Assembly: GCA_024137785.1 (NCBI GenBank)
Contig: JAHRHZ010000001.1
Coordinates: 3,947,075 to 4,011,074, forward strand
Direction: 5' to 3'
Length of the DNA stretch: 64,000 nt
From: Ginglymostoma cirratum
Lineage: Eukaryota
Part shown: positions 63,631 through 64,000 of the stretch, in pieces
How positions within the stretch are numbered: the stretch's first letter is position 1
Layout of the letters: each line of letters starts with the position of its first letter
Translations under genes and position numbers: made by a program
Notes under the pieces: generated by a model
Seen by the model: only the letters and a program-made list of their open reading frames with translations
Told to the model about the DNA's origin: nothing
The model's database searches: none

Positions 63631-64000
63631 GGTTTAAAAAAGTAAGAGGTGACTTAATTGAAAACTGAAAAGCCTGAGGGGTCTTGACAGGATAGATGTG
63701 AAAAGGATGTTTCTTTTTATCAGAAAATCTGGAACTAGGGGTCGCCTTTAAAAAAGACAGTTTAAAATAGAGATAAGGCAAAATCCTTTCAAAGAATCAC
63801 AAGTCTTTGGGACTCTTCCTGAAAAGGTGGTGCAAGCAAAGTCCTTGATTATTTTTAAGGTAGAAATAGATGATTCTTGCTAATCACGGAATGTTGATTT
63901 GTTGTTACGGCCAGATCAACCCTGATTATTGGATGTCGGAGTGAACTAGAGGGGCTGAATGACCTGTTACTTCTAATTAGTCTGTTTGTGTTTCATATAA

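Larger units (their letters stand above)
62630..64000. mobile_element. CR1 fragments (minus about 62630-63220; plus about 63340-64000)
   Basis: catctggactactgtgtaccgtactggtc...gcagttcagagaggctttactagactaata; both fragments carry Penelope-derived inserts. Confidence 0.7.

Noticed and set aside
59637-64000. C19orf47 exon 3
   Set aside because: The expected continuation (IQK..LLDLNKE type) was not found; presumably beyond the window end.

Overview
Vertebrate genomic DNA, very probably from a shark or other cartilaginous fish (inferred from V-SINE/HE1-type, CR1, Rex1 and Penelope repeats). It contains two 400-N gaps and one 10-N gap. Three intron-containing genes can be rebuilt from splice sites: (1) a complete SRSF5-type SR splicing factor on the minus strand (7 coding exons, 284 aa, plus a non-coding first exon and CpG-island promoter); (2) CCDC97 on the plus strand, with one internal exon apparently lost in a gap; (3) the first two coding exons of a C19orf47 orthologue on the plus strand. 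The neighbours suggest the SR gene is an SRSF5 ohnologue absent from humans, and it carries a candidate poison exon in the intron that splits SWQ/DLKD. Most other sequence is transposable element. The most striking signal is a Penelope-like (GIY-YIG) retroelement system: one decayed coding copy plus about a dozen short derivatives of Penelope-type ends. Many of these carry minimal hammerhead-ribozyme cores, several are palindromic, and many have clear 7-17 bp target-site duplications. One insertion copied about 115 bp of its own target DNA in inverted orientation between two tandem ribozyme-like cores. Repeat boundaries are approximate and family names come from recognition, not database searches.
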